Shown piece after piece: positions 41,796 to 52,379 of a stretch of DNA of 64,000 bases. Position numbers and translations under genes: made by a program. Position 1 is the stretch's first letter; every line of letters begins with the position of its first letter. The stretch spans positions 3,264,001 through 3,328,000 of the forward strand of contig CBDFIQ010000002.1 in the NCBI GenBank assembly GCA_965248195.1, given 5' to 3'. Origin of the DNA: Longimicrobiales bacterium (GTDB taxonomy: Bacteria; Gemmatimonadota; Gemmatimonadetes; Longimicrobiales; Gaopeijiaceae). The notes beneath the pieces were generated by a model. It did no database searches. It was not told the DNA's origin and saw nothing but the letters and a program-made list of their open reading frames with translations.

Positions 41796-42018
41796 TTAAT
41801 CCCGTAGAGTGTCCCATTGTCGTTGACAGGTTCCGCGGCGCCTGTACTAAATCCCTTACGGCTAGTGGTTGGAGTCAAGCCTTTTTTCTCGTGCGTTTCT
41901 CTCTCTGATGGACTTCCACTGGGCCATGAGGCGAGAAACACCGCGTCAATGCTCGGCTTCCGCCACCTCACGGTTCATCGTGACCACCGTTCCGAAGACG
42001 CGCCTCGGAAGTAGCCGG

Positions 42019-43394
42019 GGTAGTGTCCCTAGATTTGTGTAAAAGCGGATAAGCTGGACAGGAGGGAAAGAAAAACGGAAGCTCCTCTGTTGTTGTTCAC
42101 TGTCACATGAACCCGGGAGTCCGGGTCTGCAGAGCAGGCTCGGAACCGGAGAGGAGCTTCCGATGCAAGAGATTGTGGAGATCGGTCGGGCCACGCAAGA
42201 CGAGCTACGCGATGATTTGCGCGAGCTGTTTCAAGGCGCGATCCGGCTGACGCTCGAGATGGTGCTGGAAGAGGAGCTGAAGGCCATGGTAGGTGCACGC
42301 CGCTTCGAGCGGGTGGGAAGCCGGAAGGACCATAGGAACGGCACATACCTGAGGCGGCTGCTGACGAGCCTGGGGCAGATCGAGGTCGCCATGCCCCGGA
42401 GCCGGGACAACGGTTCGCCGGCCGACGTGATCGGCCGCTACCAGCGCAGGAGCCCCGAGCTCGACGAGATGATGGTCGAGGCGTATGTGAGCGGCGTGTC
42501 ACAGCGCAAGATGGGCGACGTCACCGAGGCGCTGATGGGCGAGCGTGTTGGGCGCTCGACGGTGAGTCGTGTGGCAAAACGGCTCGACGAGGCCGTGGAA
42601 GGGCTGCGCCGTGCGCCGATCGAGGGGCCTCACCCCTATCTGTACCTGGACGCCACGTTCTTGGACGCCCGCTGGGCCCGCAAAGTCGAGAACGTGAGTG
42701 CGCTCGTGGCGTATGCAGTGGGCCCTGAGGGTCACCGACGGCTCCTGGCCGTCACGCTGGGCGCTGAGGAGTCGCAGCAGAGCTGGTCGGAGCTCCTCGA
42801 GCAACTCCAGGACCGCGGCCTCGGCGGTGTCGAGCTCGTGATCGCCGATGAGCACGCAGGCCTGGCAGCTGCGGTCCGCCGCTTCCTGCCCGAGGCACGC
42901 CGTCAGAGGTGTACGGTCCATCTGCAGCGTAATGTGGGGGCGAGGGTCCCCCACCGCCTACGCAAGCGCGTGGCGCGTGAGGTCTCGGTGATCTTCCAGA
43001 CATCCGGACTCGCCGAGGCGAAGAAGCTCCTGGGCGAGTTCGGCGCACGCTGGAAGAAGGAGCTGCCCGAGGCCGTGGAGGTCCTGGAGCGGGGCTTCGG
43101 GGCAGCGACGCAGTTCTACGCGTTCCCCGAGGCGCACTGGCCCCGGCTGCGTACCACCAACAGCCTCGAGCGGCTGCACGGCGAGATCAAACGCAGGATC
43201 AAGGCCGCCGGCGCCTTCCCGGACCGGGCCAGCGCCCTCAGGCTCATCACGGCCGTCGCACTCAGGACCACACACGTCTGGGGCGACCGGCGTTACCTCG
43301 ACCTCTCACTCCTCCAGAAACAGGAGGTCGCCCAAGCAGCCTAGCCGAAGGCGAGGAGCTTCCTCCGCTTTTACACACAAATCGGGACTTGACC
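42019..43394 (+). mobile_element. IS256-family element, copy 3 (no TSD)
   Basis: Same IRs and length; flanks GTAGCCGG / GGTGTGCA do not match. Confidence 0.95.
42163..43344 (+). CDS. IS256 family transposase
   Basis: Translation identical to copies 1 and 2. Confidence 0.95.
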   Translation: MQEIVEIGRATQDELRDDLRELFQGAIRLTLEMVLEEELKAMVGARRFERVGSRKDHRNGTYLRRLLTSLGQIEVAMPRSRDNGSPADVIGRYQRRSPELDEMMVEAYVSGVSQRKMGDVTEALMGERVGRSTVSRVAKRLDEAVEGLRRAPIEGPHPYLYLDATFLDARWARKVENVSALVAYAVGPEGHRRLLAVTLGAEESQQSWSELLEQLQDRGLGGVELVIADEHAGLAAAVRRFLPEARRQRCTVHLQRNVGARVPHRLRKRVAREVSVIFQTSGLAEAKKLLGEFGARWKKELPEAVEVLERGFGAATQFYAFPEAHWPRLRTTNSLERLHGEIKRRIKAAGAFPDRASALRLITAVALRTTHVWGDRRYLDLSLLQKQEVAQAA

Positions 43395-43742
43395 GGTGTG
43401 CATCGATTGGTTCTCGGATCGACGGGGCATGACGGACGCCGAGCGGCAGACGAGATCGTGACCTACCTCAAGAAAGGGTACTCGACGGTCATCGCTCCGG
43501 ACGGACCGAGTGGGCCCGCACGAAAACTGTGGAAGGGCGTTCTTCACATGGCCCTTCAGAGCGGCGTGCCGATCATACCTCTGCACATTTCAGCGACGAG
43601 ATGCCTACGGTCCAGGTCCTGGGATCGGAAGATGCAGCCCTTGCCCTTTTCGACGATAAACGTGGTGGTCGGATCCCCAATCGTCGTGACAGCGAGCACT
43701 TTCGATGAGAGCTTTGAAGTACTTACCCACGCATTGGGGTAG
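43395..43742 (+). pseudogene. 5'-truncated DUF374/lysophospholipid acyltransferase-like gene
   Basis: IAPDGPSGP..KG.L.MA..SGVPIIP, SWDR...PLPFS; begins exactly at the IS end. Confidence 0.75.
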
Positions 43743-43787
43743 ACGTAGAATCGCGCAGCTGGTTCAAAAACTCATCAGGTCGCACCG

Positions 43788-44546
43788 ATGGTGAACAAAA
43801 TTCTTCTCGTACCGATGACCTGCGCGCTTTTATGGGTCTTGTCCGGTTGTTTGTCTCCACCCCCAGATGGGGCGGAATCTGTCATCGTCGTGCACGGCCT
43901 AGGCCGTACCCCCGCATCGATGACGATTCTTGTATCGCGCCTCAAAAACGCCGGTTTTCGAGTAGTCAGTTTTGGATATCCTTCGACATCGGAGCCCATG
44001 GAGGCCCTCGTCGATCGGCTCCAAGCCGAAGTAGGGCGGTGCTGTGGGAACGAGACAGAGGCCGTGCATTTCGTCACCCACTCGATGGGGGGAGTGTTGG
44101 TCCGGAGCTATCTCAGCCAGCAGCCCGAGGCGCATCAGGGGCGTGTTGTGATGTTGAGTCCCCCGAGCCAGGGGAGCGAGCTCGTGGACGCCTTCGCCGA
44201 CTCTCCACTCCGTCGACTGTTTTTCGGTCCCGCCGGCGCGCAACTCGGGACCGACTCCGCGGGCATCACGAGTCGGCTGGGCCCGGTACGATTCGGCCTG
44301 GGTATCGTCACCGGCGATCGGAGCATAAACCCGCTGGGTTCGTGGCTCATTCCAGGGCCAGATGATGGCAAGGTCGGCGTTGACCGGGCCATGGTCGATG
44401 GGGCGACGGACTTCATGGTGGTCTCCGCAACCCACACCTTCATCATGAACCGCAAGGATGTGGCTGAAGAGGTCGTACACTTTCTCCGGAACGGTGAGTT
44501 CCGCTCGGAGCCGAAGGGCGAGTTCCGCTCGGAGCCTGAGCTCTAG
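43788..44546 (+). CDS. Alpha/beta hydrolase (lipase-like) lipoprotein
   Basis: VHGLGR, THSMGG, DDGKV, HTFIM; lipobox LSGC. Confidence 0.88.
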   Translation: MVNKILLVPMTCALLWVLSGCLSPPPDGAESVIVVHGLGRTPASMTILVSRLKNAGFRVVSFGYPSTSEPMEALVDRLQAEVGRCCGNETEAVHFVTHSMGGVLVRSYLSQQPEAHQGRVVMLSPPSQGSELVDAFADSPLRRLFFGPAGAQLGTDSAGITSRLGPVRFGLGIVTGDRSINPLGSWLIPGPDDGKVGVDRAMVDGATDFMVVSATHTFIMNRKDVAEEVVHFLRNGEFRSEPKGEFRSEPEL

Positions 44547-44590
44547 TTACCCGACGCGTTCCCGCGGGAACGTTTTCTGGAGGATCCCCG

Positions 44591-45091
44591 TCAGGCCGGT
44601 GGAACGCCTTCCGGCTCCGGCATGGCCGCCAGGCGAAGGTATGCGACCAGGAGGACCGCGGCGAAGAGGTTCACCCCCGCCACCGTAACCGGTCCCAGGG
44701 ACTCCAGGGCCACGACCGAGCCCGAGCCGGCAACGGTCGCGGAGAACGCGGCGGTGCAGAGGACCGCCACGGCGAGGAGTGCCTTGAGGCCGGCGCCGTG
44801 CTTCCAGTCGAAGAGAAAGGACGCCAAGACACCAACCAGGGCGAAGGTCAGGAAGTGCAGCAGGGTGAAGGTCGCGATCCGGAAGGCCGTCGATAAGCCG
44901 GCGACGAGACCCGAGAAGCTGGTGAGATTCCACTCCAGGCCGGCGGGGCCGAAGACGGCTCCCGACAGGGCGCCCGGCGTGGCAAAGGGCTGAAGCCGCA
45001 TCAGATCGAGAACGAAGAAGGAGAGAGCTACCCCGACGGCGGCGACGGCTCCAGCCTGCGCTCCCCTGACTGCGCGACCGAATTTGTCCAT
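44591..45091 (-). CDS. Hypothetical membrane protein
   Basis: About four hydrophobic segments; TP..L, HFL.F. Confidence 0.65.
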   Translation of the reverse strand: MDKFGRAVRGAQAGAVAAVGVALSFFVLDLMRLQPFATPGALSGAVFGPAGLEWNLTSFSGLVAGLSTAFRIATFTLLHFLTFALVGVLASFLFDWKHGAGLKALLAVAVLCTAAFSATVAGSGSVVALESLGPVTVAGVNLFAAVLLVAYLRLAAMPEPEGVPPA

Positions 45092-45233
45092 GGCTCGGCT
45101 CCCTGAAGCGTCGATTCCCCCTCCCCACCGACCCGTTACTCAACCTGGGCCTAGCCGCGCTCCCTCGCAAGCAGGCGGGCCTGCACCCTGCGCTTCTTGC
45201 AGCTTCGCCCCGGTCGGAGGCATCTTGTCCGGC

Positions 45234-46529
45234 ATGTTCGAATCCATCACGCGGCTGAGGGCAGCCTTCATCATCGTGTCTATGACGGTGGCGGCGGCGG
45301 TGGCGGCCTGCACTGCCGACCCGTCCGCGGATCCCGGGACCGTGGCTAGCCCTGCCTCGGCGGAAGGGCAGCCGCACGCCGAGGCCATTCGACCGTTCAC
45401 GATCGAGATTGCCGATGAGGTGCTGACAGACCTCGACACCCGTCTGGCGCGCACCCGTCTCCCCGATCAGATCCCCGGCACGAGCTGGGACTACGGGATG
45501 AATCGGGCCTATCTGGAAGAACTCCTGGCCTACTGGCAGGACGGGTTCGACTGGCGTGCCCAGGAGCGGAGGCTCAACGAGTTCGACCACTTCAAAACCG
45601 TCATTGATGAGGTGGACATGCACTTCATCCACCAGCGGTCCGCCGAGGAGGGGGCGCTTCCGCTACTCCTCACGCATGGATGGCCGGGCTCGTTTGTCGA
45701 GTTCGTCGACCTCATCGGTCCCTTGACCGACCCCGCGGCCCACGGCGGTGATCCGGCGGATGCGTTCCATGTGGTCATTCCATCGCTGCCCGGGTACGGC
45801 TTTTCGGGTAAGCCGGCGGAAACGGGCTACAACCCCGAGCGGATGGCGGACGTCTTGGCCGGGTTGATGGAGCGGCTGGGGTACGACCGGTACGGCGCGC
45901 AGGGCGGTGATTGGGGGGCCATCATCAGTCGGAATCTAGCGGGCAATTATGGTGACCGCCTTATCGGGCTCCACTCCAACTTCATGACTGGGGGGCCACC
46001 GCCGGGTAGCGCCGACCCTAACGAGGGGGTCTCTGCCGAGGAGTCGGAGCGAAGACTTGAGCGCGCGCAGTCTTTCTCAGACGGTCGTGGCTACTCCGCC
46101 ATTCAAGGCACCAAGCCCCAGACGCTCGGCTACGGTCTCAACGATTCGCCGGCCGGGCTCGCCGCCTGGATCGTCGAGAAATTCCATGGCTGGAGCGACA
46201 ACGACGGTAACATCGAGAGCGCGTTCACCAAGGACGAGATGCTGACCAACGTCATGATTTATTGGGTGACGCAGACGATCACGTCTTCGAGCCGTCTCTA
46301 CTACGAGTCGGGGAACACACCGCCGACTCGTAGCGTGGGCTACATCGACGTGCCGACAGGCGTGGCGGTTTTCCCGAAGGAGATTCTTTTTACCCCGCGA
46401 AGGTGGGCCGAAGCCCGTTACAACATCGTTCATTGGACCCTCATGCCGTGCGGGGGGCACTTCGCTGCGCTGGAGGAGCCCGAGCTGCTGGTGGACGACG
46501 TCCGTGCGTTCTTCAGAGAGCTGAGGTAG
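45234..46529 (+). CDS. Microsomal-type epoxide hydrolase, probably exported
   Basis: HGWPGS, QGGDWG, DSPAGL..W..EKF, GGHFAALE. Confidence 0.92.
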   Translation: MFESITRLRAAFIIVSMTVAAAVAACTADPSADPGTVASPASAEGQPHAEAIRPFTIEIADEVLTDLDTRLARTRLPDQIPGTSWDYGMNRAYLEELLAYWQDGFDWRAQERRLNEFDHFKTVIDEVDMHFIHQRSAEEGALPLLLTHGWPGSFVEFVDLIGPLTDPAAHGGDPADAFHVVIPSLPGYGFSGKPAETGYNPERMADVLAGLMERLGYDRYGAQGGDWGAIISRNLAGNYGDRLIGLHSNFMTGGPPPGSADPNEGVSAEESERRLERAQSFSDGRGYSAIQGTKPQTLGYGLNDSPAGLAAWIVEKFHGWSDNDGNIESAFTKDEMLTNVMIYWVTQTITSSSRLYYESGNTPPTRSVGYIDVPTGVAVFPKEILFTPRRWAEARYNIVHWTLMPCGGHFAALEEPELLVDDVRAFFRELR

Positions 46530-46584
46530 AGGGGCTCCGCGTGGCGCGTAACAACCGGCTCGGCACGACGGACGCGGTCCCCAT

Positions 46585-47295
46585 ATGACGAAGGCCATGT
46601 GGCGGTGGAGCACATCGCTGGGTGTGGCGTGCGCCCTCCTTCTGTTGTGGTCCGTGGACGTAGCTGCCGCCCACGGTGTGGCGCAGGACGACGCGTCGTT
46701 CTTCCTCACGAACGTGGGCGCGGCCATCGGGCCGTTCATGTATCTCGGGGCGAAGCACATGTTCACCGGATACGACCATCTTCTCTTCCTCGTGGGCGTG
46801 ATTTTTTTCCTGTATCGCCTGCCCGACGTGGTCCTCTACGTGAGTCTCTTCACGCTGGGACACAGCATCACTCTGCTGGTAGGTGTTCTCGGGGGGATTC
46901 AGGCGAACCCATTCATCGTCGACGCCATCATCGGCCTCTCCGTGGTATACAAGGCGTTCGACAACATGGACGGCTTTCGCCGTTTCCTCGGCGTTCAACC
47001 GAACACCAAGATCGCGGTTCTCGTGTTCGGCCTCTTCCACGGGTTCGGTCTGGCGACGACGATTCAGGAGTACTCGCTCTCGCAAGAGGGTCTCGTCACG
47101 AACATGCTCAGCTTCAATGTCGGGATCGAGATCGGGCAGATCCTGGCGCTGATGGGCGTTCTCATCGCGTTGAGCTTCTGGCGTGCGCACGACGGATTCA
47201 TGAAACATGCTTTCGTGACGAACGCCCTGCTGATGGCCGGCGGCTTCACCCTCATGGGGTATCAGATCGTCGGATATTTCGTGAACGTGTCATGA
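46585..47295 (+). CDS. HupE/UreJ family metal transporter
   Basis: GAKHM.TGYDHLLF, FTLGHS.TL, FGLFHGFG, FNVG.E.GQ. Confidence 0.88.
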   Translation: MTKAMWRWSTSLGVACALLLLWSVDVAAAHGVAQDDASFFLTNVGAAIGPFMYLGAKHMFTGYDHLLFLVGVIFFLYRLPDVVLYVSLFTLGHSITLLVGVLGGIQANPFIVDAIIGLSVVYKAFDNMDGFRRFLGVQPNTKIAVLVFGLFHGFGLATTIQEYSLSQEGLVTNMLSFNVGIEIGQILALMGVLIALSFWRAHDGFMKHAFVTNALLMAGGFTLMGYQIVGYFVNVS

Positions 47296-47302
47296 GGCTG
47301 CA

Positions 47303-48028
47303 GTGACGGATTCGACCCTGTCCGAACCGGGCGATCCCGAATCCCGCGTGCCCGGGTCCCAGGTACCGGAATCCCTCGCGCCTGAGTCCCCAGTACCCGC
47401 ATCTCCTGGACCCGAATTTCCGCTTCCCGATCCCCCCTCGAAGGCCAAACTGGCTTGGGCGAGCCTGGCCGCGCTTCTCGTGGCCGGAGTCGTGCTCGTC
47501 GCCACCGTTCTGCCGGCCGAGTACGACATCGATCCTCTGGGAATCGGTGAGGCTCTAGGGCTGCGCGTCCTTTCGGTACCCGGGAGCGGTCCGATTCCCG
47601 TACGTTCGGATGGCCTCAGCGCCTACCGTAGCAGCTTTCGCACGGATCTGAGGACGTTCGAGCTCGAGCCCGGGGGCTTCGTCGAATACAAATATCGGCT
47701 CGAGGCGGGCCGAACCATGGTGTATTCCTGGACCGCCACCTCCTGGGTTCGCTCCGAGATGCACAGCGAGGCCGACACTTCACCGGTGGGTACGGCCGAG
47801 TTCTTCGAGGTCGCGGAGCAGACGCTCCACAGGCACGGAAGCTACATCGCGCCATTTCCCGGCATCCACGGCTGGTACTGGCTCAACGAAACCGACCGCG
47901 CGGTCACGGTGACCCTGCACGCTGCCGGCTTCTTCAGCACGTCTACCGAGTTCCTGGAAGGCGAGGCCCCCATCGTGCGGGAGATCACCGAGACGCCGGA
48001 CTCCGCAGCTTTTCGGCCCTATTTTTAG
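47303..48028 (+). CDS. Transmembrane-anchor partner of HupE/UreJ
   Basis: VLPAEY.IDP.G.G..LGL, EYK, G.HGWYW.N; Pro-rich N-terminus. Confidence 0.7.
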   Translation: MTDSTLSEPGDPESRVPGSQVPESLAPESPVPASPGPEFPLPDPPSKAKLAWASLAALLVAGVVLVATVLPAEYDIDPLGIGEALGLRVLSVPGSGPIPVRSDGLSAYRSSFRTDLRTFELEPGGFVEYKYRLEAGRTMVYSWTATSWVRSEMHSEADTSPVGTAEFFEVAEQTLHRHGSYIAPFPGIHGWYWLNETDRAVTVTLHAAGFFSTSTEFLEGEAPIVREITETPDSAAFRPYF

Positions 48029-48077
48029 GCCGGATCAGCGTCAGTTCGGAACGGGTAGGTGAGGCCGCTGATCTCGG

Positions 48078-48734
48078 CTACACGTGCCGCGGGAGCGCGT
48101 ACTTGCGGTTCTCGACCACAGGCTCATGGTAGGCCCCGCCGATCCTCGCAAGCCGGTCCAACGTGACCGCAACGAGACGAACGTAGTTGGCCAGCCGGTC
48201 CGGCTCCTTGATCACACCCGTGGTTTGGACCGTCACCGCCCGGACGCCATCTCCCATCTTCCTGTGCTCTGCCCACGAGCGCCGCCGGATGTCCAGCCCG
48301 AGCGACGGTTGGACCAGGATCAACTCTCGGAGCCGCCGGTCCGTCATGAGGGATCGCCCCCGGGGCTCGTTTGAGCTCTTGATCTTGTACTTGCGCTCGA
48401 GCTCCTCATCGCCGACCAGGAGCCCGTAGAAGCCGAAGAGCTCCGCGATCCGTGTGAAGATGTTCCTCCGGGAGATGCGGAGCGTGAAGTCGTTCTTCGC
48501 TACGTACAGGGCCCGCGCCCGTGTATACGTGACGGTCGTCTGGCCGGTGCTCATGACGTAGGTGTCGAGGATCACCGTCCACGGACCATGCTCGAGGTGG
48601 ACCTGGTCGCCGGAGCTCCAGTTGCCCGCCACGAACGTGGCGTCGAGTTCGGACGCGGCTGCCTGGAAGGCTTCGCGCCTTTTTAGCTTAGGGCTGCTTA
48701 GCTTAGGGCTGCGTCTCGCGTGGGGTTTCGACAT
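48078..48734 (-). CDS. Hypothetical protein
   Basis: Long ORF following the response regulator; no family recognised. Confidence 0.6.
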   Translation of the reverse strand: MSKPHARRSPKLSSPKLKRREAFQAAASELDATFVAGNWSSGDQVHLEHGPWTVILDTYVMSTGQTTVTYTRARALYVAKNDFTLRISRRNIFTRIAELFGFYGLLVGDEELERKYKIKSSNEPRGRSLMTDRRLRELILVQPSLGLDIRRRSWAEHRKMGDGVRAVTVQTTGVIKEPDRLANYVRLVAVTLDRLARIGGAYHEPVVENRKYALPRHV

Positions 48735-48783
48735 TGGCCAGTTCCCCAGCTCCACCAGAAAGAGGAGGTCGGGGCGAGGAGAG

Positions 48784-50130
48784 CTAGTCGGTGTTCACCG
48801 AGTCCCCACCTTTCAACCCGTACTGTTTCATCTTCCGCCAGAGCGTCGTACGGCTCATCCCGAGCCGCTCGGCCGCGGTGTTACGGGCTCCACCGGTCTC
48901 GGCGAGCGCCCTAGTGATCGCAGTCCGCTCGTGCTCGGTCGCGCTGTTCTGGCGATAACGCTCAGCCGGCCCATCTTCGCGATCGGCCAGCCCACGTACA
49001 TCAGCGGGAAGGTGCTGTGCCTCGATCCGGCGCCCGCCAGACTGGATCCGGGCGCTCTCCAGGGCCGCCAGAAGCTCCCGCACATTGCCAGGCCATCGAT
49101 GCGCCTGTAGATGCCGCATGGCGAGTGGCGAGCACGCCGCATGCGGTGGAAGGTCGACACGGCGGAAGAACGACTCCGCGATGAGTGGGATGTCCTCGCG
49201 GCGCTCCCTCAGCGGTGGCACTTCGATACGCACGACGTTCAGCCGGTAGTAGAGGTCGTCGCGGAAGCGGCCGGCTTCCATCTCCGCCCGGAGATCGCGG
49301 TTGGTGGCAGCAATGACCCGCACGTCCACCGACACGGGCTTCACTGCGCCCACGAGCGTGAGCTCCTTTTCCTGCAGGACCCGTAGCAGGCGGTGTTGCA
49401 TCCCTAGTGATACGTCACCGATCTCATCGAGCAGCAGCGTCCCGCCGTCCGCTGCGGCGAAGAGCCCCTTTCGGTCACGCACGGCACCGGTGAAAGCCCC
49501 GCGAACGTGCCCGAAGAGCTCGGACTCGAGCACACCCTCGGCGAGGGCGGCGCAGTTCACCGCCACGAACGGTCCATCGGCTCGGTCCGACAGCTGGTGA
49601 ATCGCTCGGGCCACGAGCTCCTTGCCCGTGCCGGTCTCGCCGGTCATCAGCACCGTGGCGTCGGTCGGCGCGACGCACGCGATGATCTCGAAGACCGCCC
49701 GCATCGACGGCGAGCGGCCCAACAGCCCGCCGGGAGGCTCTGCCCCATCTGACGGGACCGAAGGTCGCCGCTCCAGCAGCGCCTCTACCCTGGCGCTCAG
49801 GACGTCGGGCTCGACGGGTTTCATGAGAAAATCGTCCGCCCCGGTATGGAGGGCCGTCACCGCGGCATCGACGGTTCCAAAACCGCTGATCATGAGGATC
49901 GGTGTGTCCTCGCCCCACGTGCGAAGTACCTCGACGATCCCGATCCCGTCCAGCCCTGGCATGCGCAGGTCGAGGAGAATCAGGTCGTAGCCGGACTCCT
50001 TGAGCCGCTCGATCGCCGCCTGCCCATGGGCCGCCTCGTCGACCTCGTGTCCGTCCTCCCGCATGAGAGCGGCGGTCGACATACGAAACGTCGGGTCGTC
50101 GTCGACGATGAGGAGGCGGGGCGCGGTCAC
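48784..50130 (-). CDS. Sigma-54-dependent (NtrC-type) response regulator
   Basis: Receiver domain, GETGTGKE, ESELFGHVRGAFTGA, Fis-type HTH. Confidence 0.95.
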   Translation of the reverse strand: MTAPRLLIVDDDPTFRMSTAALMREDGHEVDEAAHGQAAIERLKESGYDLILLDLRMPGLDGIGIVEVLRTWGEDTPILMISGFGTVDAAVTALHTGADDFLMKPVEPDVLSARVEALLERRPSVPSDGAEPPGGLLGRSPSMRAVFEIIACVAPTDATVLMTGETGTGKELVARAIHQLSDRADGPFVAVNCAALAEGVLESELFGHVRGAFTGAVRDRKGLFAAADGGTLLLDEIGDVSLGMQHRLLRVLQEKELTLVGAVKPVSVDVRVIAATNRDLRAEMEAGRFRDDLYYRLNVVRIEVPPLRERREDIPLIAESFFRRVDLPPHAACSPLAMRHLQAHRWPGNVRELLAALESARIQSGGRRIEAQHLPADVRGLADREDGPAERYRQNSATEHERTAITRALAETGGARNTAAERLGMSRTTLWRKMKQYGLKGGDSVNTD

Positions 50131-51917
50131 GGTGTCGTCTCGGCTGGCAGAACGGCGGTTTGACCAGCCGCCTGCCCGGGCCCGGGCGTCCGTGGCATCT
50201 CGACCGTGAGCTCCGCGCCGGTGCCTTCCGACCGATTCCGGGCGATGATCCTCCCGCCGTGCGTCCGGGCGAGCCCGTCGGCGGTGAAGAGGCCCAGGCC
50301 CACGCCGCGCACGTCCGCCTTGGTGGTGAAGAACGGGTCGAACACGTGAGGAAGCACCGAGTCTTCGATCCCGGGGCCGTCGTCGGTGACTACCAGCGTC
50401 GCGCGCTCACCGTCTGACTCTACCCGGATGTCGATGTTGCCCGCGGCGCCTAATGCGTCCTGCGCGTTCTGCACCAGGTTCAGCAGCACCTGCTTGAGCC
50501 CGTCGGTCGGGATCGGCACCTGCACAGGTCCGTCGGACTCGACCGTCACCGTCACGCCCCGGTCGCCGAGGCCGATGCGGACCAGGTGGGCGACCTCTTC
50601 CGCGACCGCAACGGCGTCGCAGTCCCCCTCCTGGTCCCTCGGCCGATGTAGGTCGAGCATGTGCTCAGCGAGCTCGTGCATTCTGAGAAGCTCGTCGATG
50701 GCACGGTCGGCGAAGTCGCGGGCCTCCGGATCGTCGGCGACTCGGCGGCGGAGGATCTCGAGGCAGTTTCGAACGCTCGCGACCGGATTACGGACCTCGT
50801 GAGCGAGCTGCGCGAGTAGGCGCGCCGCCGCCGAGAGTCGGTCTCTTTGGACGAGCTCAGCCTGGAGCATTCCCAGCCGCGCCTGCCTGTCCTCGAGCGC
50901 CTCGTTGGCCTCGCTGAGCTCGGCAATGCGGGCCGCGAGCGCATCGCGCATCACCTCGAAGGCCGAGGCGACCTGATCCACCTCCGAGACGGCCGAATGT
51001 TTTACCGGAGCTTCAAAGTTGCCCTCGGTGATCTGCTGGGCGGCCTCGGCCAACGCACGTACCGGACGTGCGAGGCGAGTGGCGAGCCAGCCGCCCACGA
51101 CGAGCGCGAGCAGCGCCGAAAAGGCCAATACCAGGAGCCCGACAGAGCGTAGCGCCGGAACGATGGCGAACTCCTCCGAGAGCGCGCGTACGAACGTCAC
51201 CCGCGCGCCGCCTGGCACACCGGCCGTCACGACGAGGTACCGCTCGCCCTCCAAGGTCAGCTGTTCGATCGTCTCGGAGTCTGGTAGTGCGGAAAGAAGA
51301 TTGAAAAGGCCCATCGCCGGCTCGGCTCGGCCGGTGTACGCGCCCAGCGCTCCATCGGGGGCGGTGATGAGCACGTCGGAGCGAGTCAGCGCCGAGAGCT
51401 GTATCGCCTCTTCCGCCGCCATCGGAACCCACACGCCTGCCGCGCCCGCCCACTCTTCGGGCATCCCGACGGGAGCCAGCGCGACCGTGCCGAGCTCGTC
51501 CAGCGCCTTCACGACGAGCACCGGCATCGCTCCGGCCTTGGTCGCGTCGACGACCTCCGCCGGCATCATCGGCCCGGCCCAGCTGGCTCCGTCGGGTCCG
51601 ATCACGACGGGCAGCTCGCCCGGAAAGGCGTCGGAGATGAGCGCGGCTTCCTCGACCGCACCCGTAGTATCGGCCTCCCGGATCGCGGTGGTGAGTATCT
51701 CGCTCGCTGAGATCTCACGTGCGTGCATCATGCGCATCCCGGCTTGGTTCTGGAACCGGTCTTCGAGCACGAGTGGGGCGGCGAGCAGCTCGGAGCGCAC
51801 CTCGTCCTCGAGCGACGCGAGCAAGCGGCGGTCAAGGAGGACACCGGCCGGGACCAGCCCTACCAGGAGGACTAGAAGAACGAGGCCCAGAAGCGTGCGC
51901 TGTAGCGAAACCGTCAT
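50127..51917 (-). CDS. HAMP sensor histidine kinase
   Basis: Two TM segments, HAMP, AHEVRNP, NL..NA, DDGPG, FFTTK, G.GLGL; start taken at MTVS. Confidence 0.9.
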   Translation of the reverse strand: MTVSLQRTLLGLVLLVLLVGLVPAGVLLDRRLLASLEDEVRSELLAAPLVLEDRFQNQAGMRMMHAREISASEILTTAIREADTTGAVEEAALISDAFPGELPVVIGPDGASWAGPMMPAEVVDATKAGAMPVLVVKALDELGTVALAPVGMPEEWAGAAGVWVPMAAEEAIQLSALTRSDVLITAPDGALGAYTGRAEPAMGLFNLLSALPDSETIEQLTLEGERYLVVTAGVPGGARVTFVRALSEEFAIVPALRSVGLLVLAFSALLALVVGGWLATRLARPVRALAEAAQQITEGNFEAPVKHSAVSEVDQVASAFEVMRDALAARIAELSEANEALEDRQARLGMLQAELVQRDRLSAAARLLAQLAHEVRNPVASVRNCLEILRRRVADDPEARDFADRAIDELLRMHELAEHMLDLHRPRDQEGDCDAVAVAEEVAHLVRIGLGDRGVTVTVESDGPVQVPIPTDGLKQVLLNLVQNAQDALGAAGNIDIRVESDGERATLVVTDDGPGIEDSVLPHVFDPFFTTKADVRGVGLGLFTADGLARTHGGRIIARNRSEGTGAELTVEMPRTPGPGQAAGQTAVLPAETTP

Positions 51918-52379
51918 CGGATGTTCCCGGGGGCGTCGTGCCCCGTCATCACCTGTGTCGTATCTACCGTGACCCGCCGCAGGCCTCACCGAACATACCG
52001 GAGCCTGCCGTCGACGGGCAACGCGTTCTGCCGGCAACGGGTCATCTTGTGCACGAACCGTTCCGTTGCGCCGAAACCGGTCCTGGCCCGGAAGGGGCGT
52101 GGATCTAGGCCAACGAACGTCGCTTGGGCGCCACATTCGCGCTCTGGACCCTACCGCGTCCTTGTTTCGTCGAGCACCATTGGCGTTTCGTCGATGTTGC
52201 ATGAAACGTTGCTTCGCCCGCGCCCCCGCGGTGCGCGAGCACGCTGAAATCGCATCCCTATGCGCCTCTCGGCGATGATCTACCTCCCTGGCAAGTCGTG
52301 CACGGCTCCTGCTCTTGGTTGGGGCGGTCACGCGCCGAGACGCGGCGTGCTGACCCGACTCAGTTCCAGGAGGAATTCG

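Larger units (their letters stand above)
40252..41836 (+). mobile_element. IS3-family element (ends ambiguous)
   Basis: orfA/orfB layout; inner TG..CA imperfect IR at 40276/41828 (14/20 match); outer GCGGA..TCCGC ends flanked by GGC. Confidence 0.8.

Noticed and set aside
38208..43394. IS256 copies 2 and 3 as an inverted composite transposon
   Set aside because: Copy 2 has its own near-perfect TSD inside one gene, and the outer flanks do not match
43395..44546. Integron cassettes in a lower-GC patch
   Set aside because: No attC-like sites or integrase recognised
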